From Planctomycetaceae bacterium (GTDB taxonomy: Bacteria; Planctomycetota; Planctomycetia; Pirellulales; Pirellulaceae), in NCBI GenBank assembly GCA_002862205.1, contig PKCN01000399.1, forward strand, positions 2,738 to 66,737: 64,000 nucleotides of DNA, in the 5' to 3' direction. Positions within the stretch are counted from its first letter, which is position 1. Each line of letters opens with the position of its first letter. The notes under the pieces were generated by a model, which worked only from the letters and a program-made list of their open reading frames with translations, made no database searches and was not told the origin of the DNA. The position numbers were made by a program, and so were the translations under genes. Of the stretch, positions 62,243 to 64,000 are shown one piece after another.

Positions 62243-64000
62243 ATTTTGGCATGCAGGTCCTGATACCGTGGGTACCAATCACCTTTTTTTTCCATCGTCG
62301 CTAGTCTTTTCGACAATGCTCGCTCCAACTCAGTCAATTGCTGCCTCCTCTCGCCCGCATCCTCGACTTGCGAGGCTAAATGATAGCGACACCAAAATAG
62401 ATGGTACTGGGCGAGAGCCAGTTGTTCAGCATGACGCGGGGTTCCACCTGTCGAATAGCGTGTCGCGTGGAGAGTCGTGACCAATTTCCCCCAACCCCAG
62501 ATCGGTGAAAACCCACTGGGTCCCTCGATCGCCGCCAGTAAATCACTCGGGCGTTCAAATTCAAACGCGACCTGTTGCAGTGACTGGGCTGCAGAAATCT
62601 GCAGCGTGAATACATTGGGCTCGTCGGCAAGGATATCCTCAATTTGCTTGAGTGATTTCATGACTTCCCCCGAATTTCGCAGCAATTCGATACGTCGCAA
62701 CTGAGCCGCCTGTAGGGACTGCTTGGGAAAATCATCCCGCTGAATCGCAGCGCCAAACAACTCCGCTCCTGTTCGAGCAGCCTGTTTCGCAATCTCACTC
62801 TGTTCTGCATGCTCTCCGACCTGAGCCCATGATTCTGCCAGCCAAAGTATCGTCGGTGTTGGAACCGTTGCGGCCTCTTTCATGATGCCAGCAGACATTT
62901 TCTGGGCGGCATCAAAATCTGCCTGCTTGAACGCCCCAGAATCCTTCAATCCTTCAAATGCCACCTTCAGGATAGAGATTCTTCGTGAGGCAACCTCCTC
63001 TCCCGCCTCGCCGAGTAACTCCGCCAGATCATCAATGGCTCGCGTGGCTCCCTGGGGATCACCCTGCACGCTGCACGCATGGAACATGACGTCGAACAAC
63101 TGCCGAGCCGTCGCCTCATCCACGAGTAACGCAGAGTCCCTCTCATCGTCTTCACGCACTCGGATCGATGCCAACAATGCAGGCGGCTCCGCCGTCAGCC
63201 ATTCCTCTGCTTTCTCAGGATTCCCGCTAACCAGTTCAATTTGGGCAAGCGTCAATCGTGCTTCCACGCCGCTAAGCGAAAGCCCTGGCTCATTCTTCTC
63301 TGCGACTCGCAACCCCTTTGCCAGCCTTTGTTTGACCCGTTGCTGATCTTCACTGGAGATCGCGTTCCCGCTCTTTCCTTGCTGTTGCCGCAACCCATTC
63401 CATTCCGCCAGTCCACTGGCCAGCAATGCCGTTGCATGATGCTCAGAGGATGGCGGTACCTGTTCATAAACAGGTACCGCATTGTGTGGTTGGTTAAAAG
63501 CTTCGTACAAGTAGGCGATATTCATCCAAACCAACGCATTTTGGCTTTCTTTGGGCCAACGTCGTTGCAAGATTTCGGCAACTCTATGCATCTGCCGCAA
63601 TTCACCAAGATCCCCGGCGTCACCCCAGTGCAGATCACTCAATTCCTGCGACGCCGCCAACGCAATCATGGCTGCTTCTTTGGTCGAAGGATCCGAGACA
63701 GCCCCCCAGCGTGCAACCGCTTCTCCCATCACCGCAGCCTCCGGTAGCATGCCCGCCTTGAAGTACAGAAACGCCAGCAAATATCGTGTCGTAGCGAGAT
63801 CCTCCATCGACACCTTGCTCAAGGCCAAGGCGTGAACCTGTTCAAGGATGCCAATCGTACGCCCGATAGCCTTGTGGTACGCATTGACGTCAGCTTGCTC
63901 ATTCGACTTATCTGCTTTTCGCTGCAGCTTCTGGACCTTTCCGTATTCTTCAAACGCAATCTCCAAACCACGCTTCAATGACGGAATCGATATATTTTCA
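62227..64000 (-). CDS. Large all-helical TPR-like hypothetical protein, 5'-partial (continues beyond window end)
   Basis: The 583-aa listed ORF starts at a TTG (63978). The frame stays open upstream to the window edge (…ENISIPS-L-KRGLEIAF), so the real start is probably outside the window. Composition is helical and repeat-like, with no catalytic motif recognised. Confidence 0.7.
   Translation of the reverse strand, partial: ENISIPSLKRGLEIAFEEYGKVQKLQRKADKSNEQADVNAYHKAIGRTIGILEQVHALALSKVSMEDLATTRYLLAFLYFKAGMLPEAAVMGEAVARWGAVSDPSTKEAAMIALAASQELSDLHWGDAGDLGELRQMHRVAEILQRRWPKESQNALVWMNIAYLYEAFNQPHNAVPVYEQVPPSSEHHATALLASGLAEWNGLRQQQGKSGNAISSEDQQRVKQRLAKGLRVAEKNEPGLSLSGVEARLTLAQIELVSGNPEKAEEWLTAEPPALLASIRVREDDERDSALLVDEATARQLFDVMFHACSVQGDPQGATRAIDDLAELLGEAGEEVASRRISILKVAFEGLKDSGAFKQADFDAAQKMSAGIMKEAATVPTPTILWLAESWAQVGEHAEQSEIAKQAARTGAELFGAAIQRDDFPKQSLQAAQLRRIELLRNSGEVMKSLKQIEDILADEPNVFTLQISAAQSLQQVAFEFERPSDLLAAIEGPSGFSPIWGWGKLVTTLHATRYSTGGTPRHAEQLALAQYHLFWCRYHLASQVEDAGERRQQLTELERALSKRLATMEKKGDWYPRYQDLHAKMSAGQ

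Overview
This is a 64-kb stretch of what reads as a planctomycete chromosome, probably Pirellulales-like. The inference rests on hallmark families: the PSCyt1 / DUF1549-DUF1553 / DUF1501 trio, DUF1570, Cys-type sulfatases, DUF11 and PQQ-propeller exoproteins, and long intergenic gaps. I call 40 protein-coding genes (about 86% coding). I see no rRNA or tRNA genes, no transposase, integrase or phage genes, and no CRISPR, so it looks like core chromosome rather than a mobile island. Recognisable housekeeping genes are rpmA (L27), rimO-pgsA, sdaA, an rluD-like gene, a MoxR ATPase and a UbiB-type kinase. The most unusual signals are these. (i) Eleven sequence-unrelated short tandem-repeat arrays (4-22-nt units) are confined to intergenic gaps, mostly just 3' of stop codons. 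They include a 92-nt strictly 4-nt-periodic (CARN)n tract and a 12-nt array carrying four in-frame TGA codons. (ii) A MoxR ATPase is overlapped (TAATG) by a nine-EF-hand / PD40 beta-propeller gene instead of the usual DUF58/VWA partners. (iii) A NatAB-like ABC system has its permease fused to a CPBP (CAAX-type) intramembrane protease domain. (iv) An overlapping CitG-like / PTPS-like gene pair is of the kind linked to methanopterin-dependent C1 metabolism. (v) A DUF1501 -> DUF1549/DUF1553 -> PSCyt1-WD40 operon sits opposite a divergent PAS-AraC regulator. (vi) A DUF1570 HExxH protein appears co-transcribed with an orphan two-domain ABC permease. (vii) A 0.9-kb gene-free, strongly C/A-skewed gap lies upstream of the MoxR gene. 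All functional calls are by-eye motif recognition on the supplied ORF translations. No database search or computation was run.
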